Shown in pieces: positions 22,618 through 31,978 of a DNA stretch of 64,000 nucleotides. The DNA is taken from positions 1,440,001 to 1,504,000 of the forward strand of contig OY760074.1 of assembly GCA_963663035.1 (NCBI GenBank), in the 5' to 3' direction. Within the stretch, counting starts at the first letter, position 1; each line of letters starts with the position of its first letter. A program made the position numbers and the translations under genes. The DNA is from Acidobacteriota bacterium (GTDB taxonomy: Bacteria; Acidobacteriota; UBA6911; RPQK01; JADFOI01). The notes under the pieces were generated by a model. The model ran no database searches and was not told the DNA's origin. It saw nothing but the letters and a program-made list of their open reading frames with translations.

Positions 22618-22743
22618 TTAGTGTGTCCTCCTTTCCCTCGAGTACCAGAGGTAGTTGCTATCAATGTACTGCTGCCACCGCTCGGGAACTTCCTCTTCAG
22701 GGAAAACGGCCTCCACGGGGCATTCTGGAACACAAGCACCACA
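22618..22743 (-). pseudogene. Ferredoxin C-terminal half (FdxA-like)
   Basis: Manual translation CGACVPECPVEAVFPEEEVPERWQQYIDSNYLWYSRERRTH*; not in the ORF track. Confidence 0.8.
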
Positions 22744-22761
22744 GAACAGGCCCCTAATCTC

Positions 22762-22787
22762 CTTTTTATACTATTATGTATAAAAAG
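22762..22787. promoter_or_regulatory. Perfect inverted repeat CTTTTTATAC-N6-GTATAAAAAG, candidate operator
   Basis: 10-bp arms in the divergent intergenic region between the ferredoxin remnant and the regulator. Confidence 0.5.
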
Positions 22788-22881
22788 TATAGAAAGTCAA
22801 CACGCCTGATTTGCGTGTAGGAGACTTTTCGGAGGACAACCGGGAAAACATGACCGTGTTTTGCTGTTATAATGAGACAAA

Positions 22882-23508
22882 ATGCTTGACGTGAGAAGCT
22901 CAGCCAGCCGGAGACTTCTTGAGTTGCTCAAAGAGACGGGGAGAGGTATTGCCGTAAAAGAGCTGTGTGAAGAACTCCAGCTTTCCTCTATGGCTGTTCG
23001 CAGACAGCTAACATTCCTAGAAGGAGACGGTCTGATTTTCTCAGAAGATGAAAGAAAAAAGATTGGTCGTCCCGCTAAACGTTACTACTTAACTGATCAA
23101 GGGCATGAATACTTCGAGCGAGACTATGCAAACTTCGCCATTGAGCTTCTTGCTGCGCTTCGGTCTCTCAACGGTAAGAGAAACGTGAGCCAAGTATTCG
23201 AAAGGCGCATGCATGAAGATCTCGAAACTGCCAGAAAGCGGGTTTTAGGCAAAACTCTTGAAGCGAGAGTCCACGACGCCACGAAGTGGTTTACCGAGAA
23301 AGGTTACATGGCAAGGTGGGAGAAAATCGCTACTGACAAATACTTAATCAAGTTCATGAACTGCGCTGTACTGCAAGTGGCAAAAAAATTTCCGCAGATA
23401 TGTGTTTGCGAAGAGAATTTTCTTTCTGAACTCATTCAGGCTAAGGTCACCCGTCGGCATTATATCCTTAAAAATGGTCATTTCTGCTCCTACCTGGTTG
23501 AGGGTTGA
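22882..23508 (+). CDS. SufR-like HTH transcriptional regulator with C-terminal Cys cluster
   Basis: LSSMAVRRQL..LE.DGLI, IGRPAKRYYLT, NCAV...ICVCEE...FCSY; TGTTATAAT extended -10 lies 8 nt before the ATG. Confidence 0.82.
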   Translation: MLDVRSSASRRLLELLKETGRGIAVKELCEELQLSSMAVRRQLTFLEGDGLIFSEDERKKIGRPAKRYYLTDQGHEYFERDYANFAIELLAALRSLNGKRNVSQVFERRMHEDLETARKRVLGKTLEARVHDATKWFTEKGYMARWEKIATDKYLIKFMNCAVLQVAKKFPQICVCEENFLSELIQAKVTRRHYILKNGHFCSYLVEG

Positions 23509-23564
23509 AATTCGGCGGTCACTCATTTAGTAAATCCGGAAATTGCACGCCACATCCGAACAGA

Positions 23565-23615
23565 ACCCAAATCAACATCTTCCTCACCTGGTTCGAAGAA
23601 CTCAAACGCCTAGCC
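23565..23615 (+). pseudogene. C-terminal remnant of a kinase/TolB-propeller protein
   Basis: TQINIFLTWFEELKRLA resembles the typical INxVLNWFEELKRL terminus. Confidence 0.6.
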
Positions 23616-23625
23616 ATGAGTACAG

Positions 23626-23712
23626 TCAGACCGCGATGTAGGTGACGACCAGAATGTCCAGGACTTCGTACCAGTGAAGCTGGCTGAAAAGGTAAGTAAG
23701 TGAGGCCACCAT
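23626..23712 (-). pseudogene. Possible N-terminal remnant of diadenylate cyclase CdaA
   Basis: MVASLTYLFSQLHWYEVLDILVVTYIAV* resembles the LDILxV first TM helix. Confidence 0.4.
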
Positions 23713-23793
23713 TTCAACTGTATGCCCGTCCCGCTTCAGAAGCAATGTCTGAATGTTCTTAAACAGCAAGACCGCTTTTAACTCTTTAGGAGT

Positions 23794-23825
23794 TACAAAA
23801 CTCGGCTTACATCTCCGCTTGCCGG
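23794..23825 (+). repeat. Diverged copy of the RNase P RNA 3' end
   Basis: tacaaaactcggcttacatctccgcttgccgg vs tacaggactcggcttacatctctacttgccgg at 55641-55672 (28/32). Confidence 0.85.
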
Positions 23826-23985
23826 CAAAAACTGACCAGCTAACCTCGTGACCCGCTGACCCACAATCCCATCTAGGGGTCAGGGAGGTCAGGTGGTTAG
23901 GTGGCCAGCTGTTTCCCCCGGTCCCCGAATGCTACAATGAGCACCCGCAAAGGAACAACTCAAGAACCACGCAACATGTCTTTGC

Positions 23986-25365
23986 GAGGTTCCGTCAATA
24001 AGTGTGTAAATAGACATCAGGCGGCTTTCTCCTGGGTGACTGGGTTGACTGGAACTCCATTGACATATTGGGCTCCTTGGTAGACATCCTTCATCAAGTG
24101 GGGAGCCTTCAAACGGCGAAATCTCTTCTCAGCGACCAGCAGCATCTTCCAGATGACAGCCCGTGCGTTGGCCACTTTCTTGAACCTTCGAGCAGCATCG
24201 GTTCGCAGTCGCAGAGCAGAGAAGGGAGACTCCACTGGGTTGGTAGTCCGCAGATGTTGCCACTGCTGTTTGGGATAGTTGTAAAACGTCACCATCCGCT
24301 CCCAGTCCTGGTCGATCAGATCAGCCGCTGCCTCCAGGCCTCTCTTGCTACACCAATGTTGGAATCGTCCTTTGACTCGCTCGGCTTCCTGCCGTGTTTC
24401 TGCATAAGGGATCTGCCGCAACATCAACAAGGCCGCTTTGTGCCGACTCTTGGGGATCTTGGCCAGCAAGTTGACGATGCGATGATTCCAGCATCTCTGC
24501 TCGTCGGCTTCTGGGAACACGTTGCGCAACGCTCCCCAGATCCCCAGATGCCCGTCAGCGATCACCAGACGGGGTGGGTTCATCCCCCGCTCTTTGAGAT
24601 CCCGCAGCACTTCGGACCAGCTCTGGGTCGATTCTCGATAACCACTACTGACGGACACCACCACTTTAGTGCCATCACTTAAAGCGGCGATCACTACCAG
24701 AATCACGGCCTTCTCCTTCTCCAGCCCTGCTTTGATGTACACGCCGTCCGCCCACAAATACACGACTTCCAGATCATCCAGCCGACGGCTCTGCCAGGCC
24801 TCCATTTCTCCCTGCCACTTCTGTTTCAACCGGGCTACGGTGCTGGGGGACAGCGGCGCTTCTTCCCCTAAAAGCCCTCTCAAGGCCAGATCGAAATCCC
24901 CCTCGGCCAGACCATGTAAATAGAGTTCTGGAATCAAGTCTCGTACCTCTCGCGTTCGCTTGGCAAACAGCGGCAAGACCCGGCTCTCAAAACGCTCTTC
25001 CAGATCCCGCACTCGGGGACGCCGCAGCTTGATCGTTCCGCAACTCATCGTCAGTCGCCGCTCCTTGCCGTAGCCGTTGCGATAGCCACCGGAGGCGTCC
25101 ACTTCTCGGCGACGCTCATTCTTTCTTCGTCCCAGCAGCTGTGTCACTTCATCCTCCAGCAGTTCCTGTACGTAAAACTGGATCTGCTCTCGCACCCACT
25201 CTTCCAGCTGTTCAAAGCAGACTCTTGACTCCACACTGTGATCAATGTTCTTCTTGCTCATGGCGGTGTGACTCCTTCCTTTCGGGCTCTTCCGCCCGGG
25301 TTTTTATTTTCACCCGGAAGGATAATCACCGCCTGTGCTATTTACACACCTTTTGAGGGTAGCTC
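23986..25365 (-). mobile_element. IS256-family insertion sequence, copy 2 (transposase 24017-25261)
   Basis: Same protein as copy 1, inverted; 9-bp TSD TGTCTTTGC (23977-23985, 25366-25374). Confidence 0.96.
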
Positions 25366-25425
25366 TGTCTTTGCCATGTCCGAACTCAATCGACGCGATT
25401 TCAAGCTTGCCTGTCGTTACCTGTA

Positions 25426-26427
25426 ATGCCGAACCTCCAGGATCCTACAAAACTTGACTACGGTGGAGGACTCACCGATATCCATGGGATCCTCGTCGGA
25501 CACTTCACCGACTCGCGCCGCCCCACGGGCTGTACGGTGGTTCTGGTGGAAAAGGGTGCGGTTGCGGGAGTCGATGTGCGCGGATCCGCCCCAGGGACTC
25601 GAGAAACCGATCTGCTGGAGCCCCGCAATACTGTCCAGAAGGTCCATGCGGTTGTTCTCTCCGGTGGGAGTGCTTTTGGTCTGGAGAGTGCGACCGGAGT
25701 TGTGCAATATCTAGAGGAAAAGGGCATCGGCTATCCCACCGCCTCCGTGCCGGTCCCCATCGTTCCCGCTGCCATCCTTTATGATCTGAGTGTGGGCGAT
25801 CCTTCCATCCGGCCTGACCGTCAGGCCGGTTATCGAGCCTGCCAGAACGCAACCACCGGGCCCGTGGAAGAGGGCAACGTGGGGGCTGGAGCCGGAGCCA
25901 CGGTGGGAAAGTTGCTGGGAAAGAAGCGCGCAATGAAGGGTGGTCTGGGAAGCGCCAGTCTTCAGGTCGGGCCATTGACGGTGGCGGCCCTGGTAGCGGT
26001 CAACGCCAGCGGCGACGTCATTGATCCAAAAAACGGGCGCATTCTGGCCGGAGCCCGCAGCCAGGATGGCCGATCCTTTGCCAACATGGCAGAAATTCTA
26101 AGGAAGAATCCTCTGAGTGCGATGCAAAAGCTGGGTGAAAATACCACCCTAGGCGTGGTGGCCACGAATACCTCATTCGACAAGGCAGCCCTGCAGAAAA
26201 TCGCCCAGATGAGCCATGACGGATTGGCTCGGGCAATTGTGCCGGTTCACCTCCCCACCGACGGGGACACCATCTTCTCTCTCTCGACGGGTGAAGTGAA
26301 AGGGCATGACCTAGGACAGGTTGGCGCCCTGGCCGCCGATGTCATCTCACAGGCTGTGGTGCGAGCCATTTTACAGTCTCGGGGAATTCCCGGATACCCT
26401 GACCATTTCCAACTCCTATCCCAATAG
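25426..26427 (+). CDS. P1/S58 family peptidase (DmpA-like)
   Basis: TGCTVVL, GVDVRGSAPGTRETDLL, LSGGSAFGL, EGNVGAGAG, ENTTLG, DGDTIF. Confidence 0.92.
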   Translation: MPNLQDPTKLDYGGGLTDIHGILVGHFTDSRRPTGCTVVLVEKGAVAGVDVRGSAPGTRETDLLEPRNTVQKVHAVVLSGGSAFGLESATGVVQYLEEKGIGYPTASVPVPIVPAAILYDLSVGDPSIRPDRQAGYRACQNATTGPVEEGNVGAGAGATVGKLLGKKRAMKGGLGSASLQVGPLTVAALVAVNASGDVIDPKNGRILAGARSQDGRSFANMAEILRKNPLSAMQKLGENTTLGVVATNTSFDKAALQKIAQMSHDGLARAIVPVHLPTDGDTIFSLSTGEVKGHDLGQVGALAADVISQAVVRAILQSRGIPGYPDHFQLLSQ

Positions 26428-26472
26428 GAAGTTCGTCATTCATAAACCCCTCTGCCCTCTGCCGGTGATACA

Positions 26473-26513
26473 ACTTTTAAGTAGAGGGTCGCTGGTTCGA
26501 GTCCAGCACGACC
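26473..26513 (+). other. 3' half of a tRNA-Lys(UUU) gene, probable att-site remnant
   Basis: Anticodon loop CTTTTAA, then gtagagggtc and T-arm gctgg-TTCGAGT-ccagc; 5' half absent. Confidence 0.75.
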
Positions 26514-26524
26514 TTTAAGTCCAG

Positions 26525-26764
26525 GTGACCTTGCCTTGTGCTACCTGGCTGACTTTTCGAAGAACGTACTCATCCTGGGCTCATGTTAAAGGCGTGCCTC
26601 AGAAAGTAATTGCCGAGTTGATGGGTCACTCGAACGTGTACACGACACTGAACGTTTACACTCAGGTCATGGACGGCTCGCTGAGGGCCGCGGTGAACAA
26701 AGTCGGAGAAGAATTGCTCAGTATTGTTCAGTTTGGGGAGGGTGGCAGCGAGCTAACTCATTGA
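26525..26764 (+). pseudogene. Tyrosine recombinase (phage integrase) C-terminal remnant
   Basis: FRRTYSSW...IAELMGHSNVYTTLNVYTQ (box II R, H and catalytic Y). Confidence 0.85.
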
Positions 26765-26769
26765 AAAGT

Positions 26770-26845
26770 TGGCTCCCCAGGTAGGACTCGAACCTACAAC
26801 CCTCCGGTTAACAGCCGGATGCTCTGCCAATTGAGCTACTGAGGA
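26770..26845 (-). tRNA. tRNA-Asn (GTT)
   Basis: TCCTCAGTAGCTCAATTGGCAGAGCATCCGGCTGTTAACCGGAGGGTTGTAGGTTCGAGTCCTACCTGGGGAGCCA cloverleaf with CCA. Confidence 0.97.
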
Positions 26846-27040
26846 GCAATCAGGACTAGAGTATATCGTCAAATCCCATCTTCAGGTCAAGGTCCTTCGA
26901 GGTGTATTCGTTCTGGCGAAGCCTGGGCTTTGTCAGTGACTCATGTCACAGATCTTTGACAAAATGGCCCAATTAGGTTAAAAAGGGGTCTCATAAACCT
27001 TGAAACCGGAGCGATCCGGTACAAGGGAGGTTAACGGAAC

Positions 27041-27448
27041 ATGTCAAAAACATTACTCGTGCTGATGATGATGGTTACTCTCCTGCTGGTCCCGCCAGTG
27101 GCGGCGTCTCCCCCAGCGGCTGCCGATGAGAAAGATGCCCTGACCGAAGAAGATACTTTCTCGGGGACCTTTAGGACACTGGAGCAAATGACGGGGTTGG
27201 GAATTCTGGGGATTCGTATTCTCTATGAAACCTCCGGTGCCCAGAACTTCGAGGAATTTGCTGAAGCTTTGATGACGGCCTACAACCTGAGTATAGACCC
27301 TCAGTTTGTGCTGCGGGGTCTGTATGGAAGCAGCTTGAAGGAGATCTTAGACGATTTTGGCTTGACTCCTGATCAAGTCAAGCAGGCCATTGAACTGACA
27401 AAACGTCAGCTCAAGGTTGCTGACGAGGATTGGAAAAAACGGACCTGA
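27041..27448 (+). CDS. Secreted hypothetical protein
   Basis: GGAGG RBS, signal peptide, 135 aa. Confidence 0.7.
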   Translation: MSKTLLVLMMMVTLLLVPPVAASPPAAADEKDALTEEDTFSGTFRTLEQMTGLGILGIRILYETSGAQNFEEFAEALMTAYNLSIDPQFVLRGLYGSSLKEILDDFGLTPDQVKQAIELTKRQLKVADEDWKKRT

Positions 27449-27467
27449 TGGTTGCCACGGGGAAGTT

Positions 27468-27884
27468 TTAGCCTTCTTTACTCTTAGACGCCTTCTTTTC
27501 CTTCTTCTCTGGAACCGCTTCCTCCCCTTCTCTATCCACCAGCTCGATAATAGCCTTTTCTGTGCAGTCACCCGGCCGGAAACCCAGCCGGATAATTCGT
27601 GTGTATCCACCCCCGCGGTCGGCATAGCGTGGGGCTAACGCGTCAAACAACTTGTGTACGACCGATTTCCTGCGGATGATTGACAGCGCCCGACGACGAG
27701 CGTGGAGGTTCTCCCGTTTGCCCAGGGTAATCATTTTCTCTGCAAAGGGGCGCAGCTCTTTGGCTTTGGCAATGGTCGTGATGATTCGTTCTTTTTCCAA
27801 GAGCTCCGTCACCATGTTGCGCAGCATGGCCATCCTGTGGCTGGATGTGCGACTCAGCTTTCGACCTGACTTGCGATGTCTCAT
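27468..27884 (-). CDS. rplQ: 50S ribosomal protein L17
   Basis: [22 protein letters not shown]. Confidence 0.98.
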   Translation of the reverse strand: MRHRKSGRKLSRTSSHRMAMLRNMVTELLEKERIITTIAKAKELRPFAEKMITLGKRENLHARRRALSIIRRKSVVHKLFDALAPRYADRGGGYTRIIRLGFRPGDCTEKAIIELVDREGEEAVPEKKEKKASKSKEG

Positions 27885-27904
27885 TATTTCTTTAGCTTCT
27901 TTTG

Positions 27905-28888
27905 TCAGCTCTCCTCATTGACGGGCCGGCCTTGCTCATCCAATCTCATGGCGAAGGAAAGTCCCATGCCGGACAGAATCTCCCGAATTTCATTCAAGGA
28001 CTTGCGGCCAAAGTTCTTGGTCTTGAGCATTTCCGCTTCGCTTTTGGTGACCAACTCCCCGATGTTTCGGATATTGGCGTTTTTCAAACAGTTATAGGAA
28101 CGTACGGAGAGCTCCAATTCCTCCACTGACTTGCTGAGGTTCTCGTTGATGGAGTCAAGTTCTTCGTCTTCCTCTTCTGTTTCCGGGACCTCGGGCTCTT
28201 CTTCAAAATTGATAAAGATATACAGGTGATCCTTGAGAATCTTAGCGGCTTGTCCCACAGCATCTTGCGGCGAGAGACAACCGTTGGTCCAAACATCCAG
28301 GTTGAGCTGATCATAGTCGGTTAACTGCCCCAGTCGTGCGGCCTCAACATGAAAATCAACTTTCTTGACCGGTGAATACACTGATTCCAGAGGAATATAG
28401 GAGATGTCCAGGTCCTCGTCGAAATTCTCACCGGCCGGAACGTATCCGCGTCCAGCCTTGACCCGCATTTCCATTTTCAGACTGGCAGCATCATTGACGG
28501 TGGCAATAAAGATATCCGGATCCAATATCTCCACATCCGGATCGGGTTTGATATCGCCCGCTTTCAGATCGCCCGCACCAGTCGACTCCAGGTAGAGGGT
28601 CTTAGGGCGATTGACGTGAAGCCTGATGGGGATTTTCTTCAAATTCATTATGATGTCGGTCACATCCTCTCTCACCCCTGGGATGGATGAGAATTCATGA
28701 AGTATTCCCTCAACCTTGACTGCCGTGATGGCCGCACCCTCGATTGAGGAAAGAAGCACTCTGCGCATTGCGTTCCCAATCGTGGTGCCGAAGCCTCTCT
28801 CGAAAGGCTGAGCCTGGAAATTTCCGAAGGTCGGGCTGGCTGACTTCGGATCACTAAAAAGTCTTTTGGGTCTTTGAAAACCTGCCAT
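27905..28888 (-). CDS. rpoA: RNA polymerase alpha subunit
   Basis: [29 protein letters not shown]. Confidence 0.98.
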   Translation of the reverse strand: MAGFQRPKRLFSDPKSASPTFGNFQAQPFERGFGTTIGNAMRRVLLSSIEGAAITAVKVEGILHEFSSIPGVREDVTDIIMNLKKIPIRLHVNRPKTLYLESTGAGDLKAGDIKPDPDVEILDPDIFIATVNDAASLKMEMRVKAGRGYVPAGENFDEDLDISYIPLESVYSPVKKVDFHVEAARLGQLTDYDQLNLDVWTNGCLSPQDAVGQAAKILKDHLYIFINFEEEPEVPETEEEDEELDSINENLSKSVEELELSVRSYNCLKNANIRNIGELVTKSEAEMLKTKNFGRKSLNEIREILSGMGLSFAMRLDEQGRPVNEES

Positions 28889-28930
28889 ATATAGTCTCCA
28901 ATATTTCTTTTGATGGACGGACTGATGGTG

Positions 28931-29566
28931 TTACTTAGAATAGAGCTCGACGATCAGTGACTCTTCTATGGGCATCCCGATGTCCTCCTGCCGGGGTAAC
29001 TCGAGTACCTGGCCTTTGAAATTTCCGCCGTCGAGCTGAAGCCAGCCGGGAACTCCTCGTCCTATCGTTTCTTCCATATTGCTGAGAATCAGCACATTCT
29101 TCTGACTCTTCTCCCGAATCGAGATCTCATCGCCTTTGGATACCAGACAGGAAGGGATACTCATTTTTCGACCATTGAGCATAACATGGCCGTGCCGGAC
29201 CCACTGCCGCGCCTGACTTCTGGAGCTGGCAAATCCGAGACGGAAAACAACGTTGTCCAGGCGCTGTTCCAAAGACTGCATCAGCAGTGCGCCAGTGATT
29301 CCCTTCTTGCGGGCAGCCTTTTCGAAGTAGCGTCGGAACTGCTTCTCCAGCACGCCATACATGCGTTTGACTTTCTGCTTCTCCCGAAGCTGCAGTCCGT
29401 AGCCCATAATTTTTCTTCGAAAGCGGCTCCTGCGTCCTTGCTCACCCGGCACAAAGTTTCTCTGCTCGATTGCGCACTTTTCGGAGAAGCATCGCTGCCC
29501 CTTCAGGAACAGCTTCATCCCTTCTCGTCTGCAAAGTCTACAAACAGGCCCTGTGTATCTTGCCAA
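28931..29566 (-). CDS. rpsD: 30S ribosomal protein S4
   Basis: ARYTGPVCRLCRREG, LEQRLDNVVFRLG. Confidence 0.98.
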   Translation of the reverse strand: MARYTGPVCRLCRREGMKLFLKGQRCFSEKCAIEQRNFVPGEQGRRSRFRRKIMGYGLQLREKQKVKRMYGVLEKQFRRYFEKAARKKGITGALLMQSLEQRLDNVVFRLGFASSRSQARQWVRHGHVMLNGRKMSIPSCLVSKGDEISIREKSQKNVLILSNMEETIGRGVPGWLQLDGGNFKGQVLELPRQEDIGMPIEESLIVELYSK

Positions 29567-29602
29567 AACTCTAGCTCCTAACTCCTATCTGCTTCTTCAC
29601 GG

Positions 29603-30010
29603 TCACACCCGGCGTCGTTTGGGCGGCCGACATCCATTGTGAGGAATGGGAGTGACGTCCTTAATGGTACGAACACCCAATCCTGCCGCCTGCAATGATC
29701 GAATGGCAGCCTCCCGCCCGGCACCCGGCCCCTTGACCCTAACGTCGCAGTACTTCATTCGGTACTGATCACGAGCGGCTACTGCGGCTGCATGAGCCGC
29801 TTGAGAGGCTGCAAAAGGCGTACTCTTGCGACTTCCCCGGAAGCCCCTTGCCCCGGCGCTGCAGGTGGTGAGCACATTACCCTCTAAATCCGTGATGGTA
29901 ATCACGGTGTTGTTAAAGGTCGCCTTGATGCAGGCAATCCCGTGCACGACGGTGATCTTCTCTTTCTTCTTCTTAGATCTCTTCTTGGCTGTCTTTTTTA
30001 CCTTGGCCAT
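29603..30010 (-). CDS. rpsK: 30S ribosomal protein S11
   Basis: [23 protein letters not shown]. Confidence 0.98.
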   Translation of the reverse strand: MAKVKKTAKKRSKKKKEKITVVHGIACIKATFNNTVITITDLEGNVLTTCSAGARGFRGSRKSTPFAASQAAHAAAVAARDQYRMKYCDVRVKGPGAGREAAIRSLQAAGLGVRTIKDVTPIPHNGCRPPKRRRV

Positions 30011-30024
30011 CTTCTGTGCTTGGT

Positions 30025-30393
30025 CTACCTCTTCCTTCTATGAATTCCCGCCTTACGTGGACCCTTTCTGGTACGGGCGTTGGTATGGGTCCTCTGGCCA
30101 CGCACGGGAAGGCCCCGCCGGTGACGCAATCCACGGTAACAGTTGATATCCATCAACCGCTTGATATTCAGCTGCAGTTCTTTGCGAAGATCGCCCTCCA
30201 CCCTTCCCTCATCCTGAATCAACTTGCGAATGCGCACTGACTCCTCTTCAGTCAAGTCTTTGATCAATGTATCCACACTCACATCGGCCTGCTTCAAGAT
30301 CGAGGTGGCCCGTGATTTCCCAATCCCATAGATATAGGTCAATGATATCTGGGCCCGCTTATTGTCGGGAATATTCACTCCTTCTATTCGCAT
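30025..30393 (-). CDS. rpsM: 30S ribosomal protein S13
   Basis: [26 protein letters not shown]. Confidence 0.98.
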   Translation of the reverse strand: MRIEGVNIPDNKRAQISLTYIYGIGKSRATSILKQADVSVDTLIKDLTEEESVRIRKLIQDEGRVEGDLRKELQLNIKRLMDINCYRGLRHRRGLPVRGQRTHTNARTRKGPRKAGIHRRKR

Positions 30394-30409
30394 AGAACCT
30401 CCATGAGTT

Positions 30410-30523
30410 TCATCCCTGACGTTGTTTGTGCTTGGGATTCGTACAGATCACTCGCACAACACCCTTCCGTCGAACAATTTTGCATTTCGCACAAATCTTT
30501 TTCACCGAGGCTTGAACTTTCAT
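30410..30523 (-). CDS. rpmJ: 50S ribosomal protein L36 (Zn-binding type)
   Basis: Manual translation [37 protein letters not shown]; below the ORF-track cutoff. Confidence 0.97.
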   Translation of the reverse strand: MKVQASVKKICAKCKIVRRKGVVRVICTNPKHKQRQG

Positions 30524-31281
30524 CAGCTGAGCCCGTTCAGTTCACTCAAAATCCATGGCCCATTGTCTGTCACGGCCACTGAATGCTCGAAGTGAGCACT
30601 GTACCCACCATCGGCCGTCACCGCTGTCCACTTGTCATCCAGCACTTTGACCTCAGGCCCTTGACTGTTCACCATGGGCTCGATGGCCAGAACCATTCCT
30701 TCAACCAGCCTTGGTCCTCGTCCCGGTTGGCCGTAGTTGGGCACCTGAGGTTCCTCGTGCAGGGAGCTGCCAATGCCATGTCCCACAAACTCTCGTACGA
30801 CTGAGAACCCGTTGGCTTCCACAAAGTCCTGGATGGTGGAGGAAATATCGGATACCCGGTTTCCCACCATGACCTTTTTAATCCCTTTATACAGTGAGTC
30901 CTTCGTCACTTCGAGGAGGAGTTTCAAATCGTCAGAAATTTCGCCCACCGGGAAGGTCCAGGCGGAATCCCCACAATATCCCTTATAGTGAACGCCCACA
31001 TCCAAGCCGATGATGTCCCCTTCCTGCAAAGTCCCATCGTGTGGAATCCCGTGGACAATCTGATCGTTCACCGACGCACACAGGGTTGCCGGGTAGCCCT
31101 GGTAACCCTTAAAGGCCGGACGAGCTCCCAGTTTGTTAATCATCTCCTCGGAAGTTCGATCGAGTTCGGCAGTCGTCGCTCCTGGTTTGACCAGAGTCCC
31201 TAAATGGTTCAGTACCTGTGCAACGATCAGGTTCGCTTCTCTCATCTTCTTCAGTTCCGCTTTCCCCTTACAAATAATCAT
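30523..31281 (-). CDS. map: Type I methionine aminopeptidase
   Basis: VHGIP, GDSA, GHGIG..LHEEP, AIEPM, SAHFEH. Confidence 0.97.
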   Translation of the reverse strand: MIICKGKAELKKMREANLIVAQVLNHLGTLVKPGATTAELDRTSEEMINKLGARPAFKGYQGYPATLCASVNDQIVHGIPHDGTLQEGDIIGLDVGVHYKGYCGDSAWTFPVGEISDDLKLLLEVTKDSLYKGIKKVMVGNRVSDISSTIQDFVEANGFSVVREFVGHGIGSSLHEEPQVPNYGQPGRGPRLVEGMVLAIEPMVNSQGPEVKVLDDKWTAVTADGGYSAHFEHSVAVTDNGPWILSELNGLS

Positions 31282-31288
31282 GACGAGA

Positions 31289-31978
31289 CTATCGGTCAAC
31301 ACTCAAAGGTGGCTTGCCCGTCTTTTCCTTTTGACTCAGTAGTTTCCCTGATATCTCCTCAAACACAGCTTGAGGACTCAGGTTTCCATTGATTTCTATG
31401 AACACTTCCTTATTCGTGTAAAAAGCAACTAATGGCTCAGTTTCCTCCCGGTACACTTGAAGACGCTTCCGGACAACCTCAGGGCGATCATCTGGACGAT
31501 GAATCAGCTCTGCTCCACAAGCGTCACACACATCCTCCTGACCAGGAGGTGAGAAGTAGACATTGCAGATCTTACCACATTCCATACAATATCTCCGTCC
31601 CGACAACCTTTTCACCAGGAGTTCCTCATCCACTCGAAAGTTGACGACCCAAATCAGAGTCTCTCCTGCCATCTGTTCCAACAGGTCAGCTTGGGCCAGG
31701 TTGCGAGGAAAACCGTCCAACAGGAAACCTGCTTTCCCGCCCGAAGACCCCATACGCTCACGAAGCACATCAGCCACCAACTGGTCTGGCACCAGTTCCC
31801 CTCTTTCAATGATCTGGCCCACCTGACTTCCCAGCCCGGTTCCTTCCCGTGCTTTCTCTCGTAGGAGATCACCCGTCCCCAACTGGATCAAATGAAACTC
31901 CCTGGCCACCCTTTCGGCTTGAGTTCCCTTTCCAGCCCCAGGCGCTCCCAAAAATATGAGGATGTTGTCCTCTATCAC
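31289..31978 (-). CDS. adk: Adenylate kinase (Zn lid)
   Basis: GAPGAGKGTQA, LDGFPR, CxxC...CxxC lid. Confidence 0.97.
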   Translation of the reverse strand: MIEDNILIFLGAPGAGKGTQAERVAREFHLIQLGTGDLLREKAREGTGLGSQVGQIIERGELVPDQLVADVLRERMGSSGGKAGFLLDGFPRNLAQADLLEQMAGETLIWVVNFRVDEELLVKRLSGRRYCMECGKICNVYFSPPGQEDVCDACGAELIHRPDDRPEVVRKRLQVYREETEPLVAFYTNKEVFIEINGNLSPQAVFEEISGKLLSQKEKTGKPPLSVDR

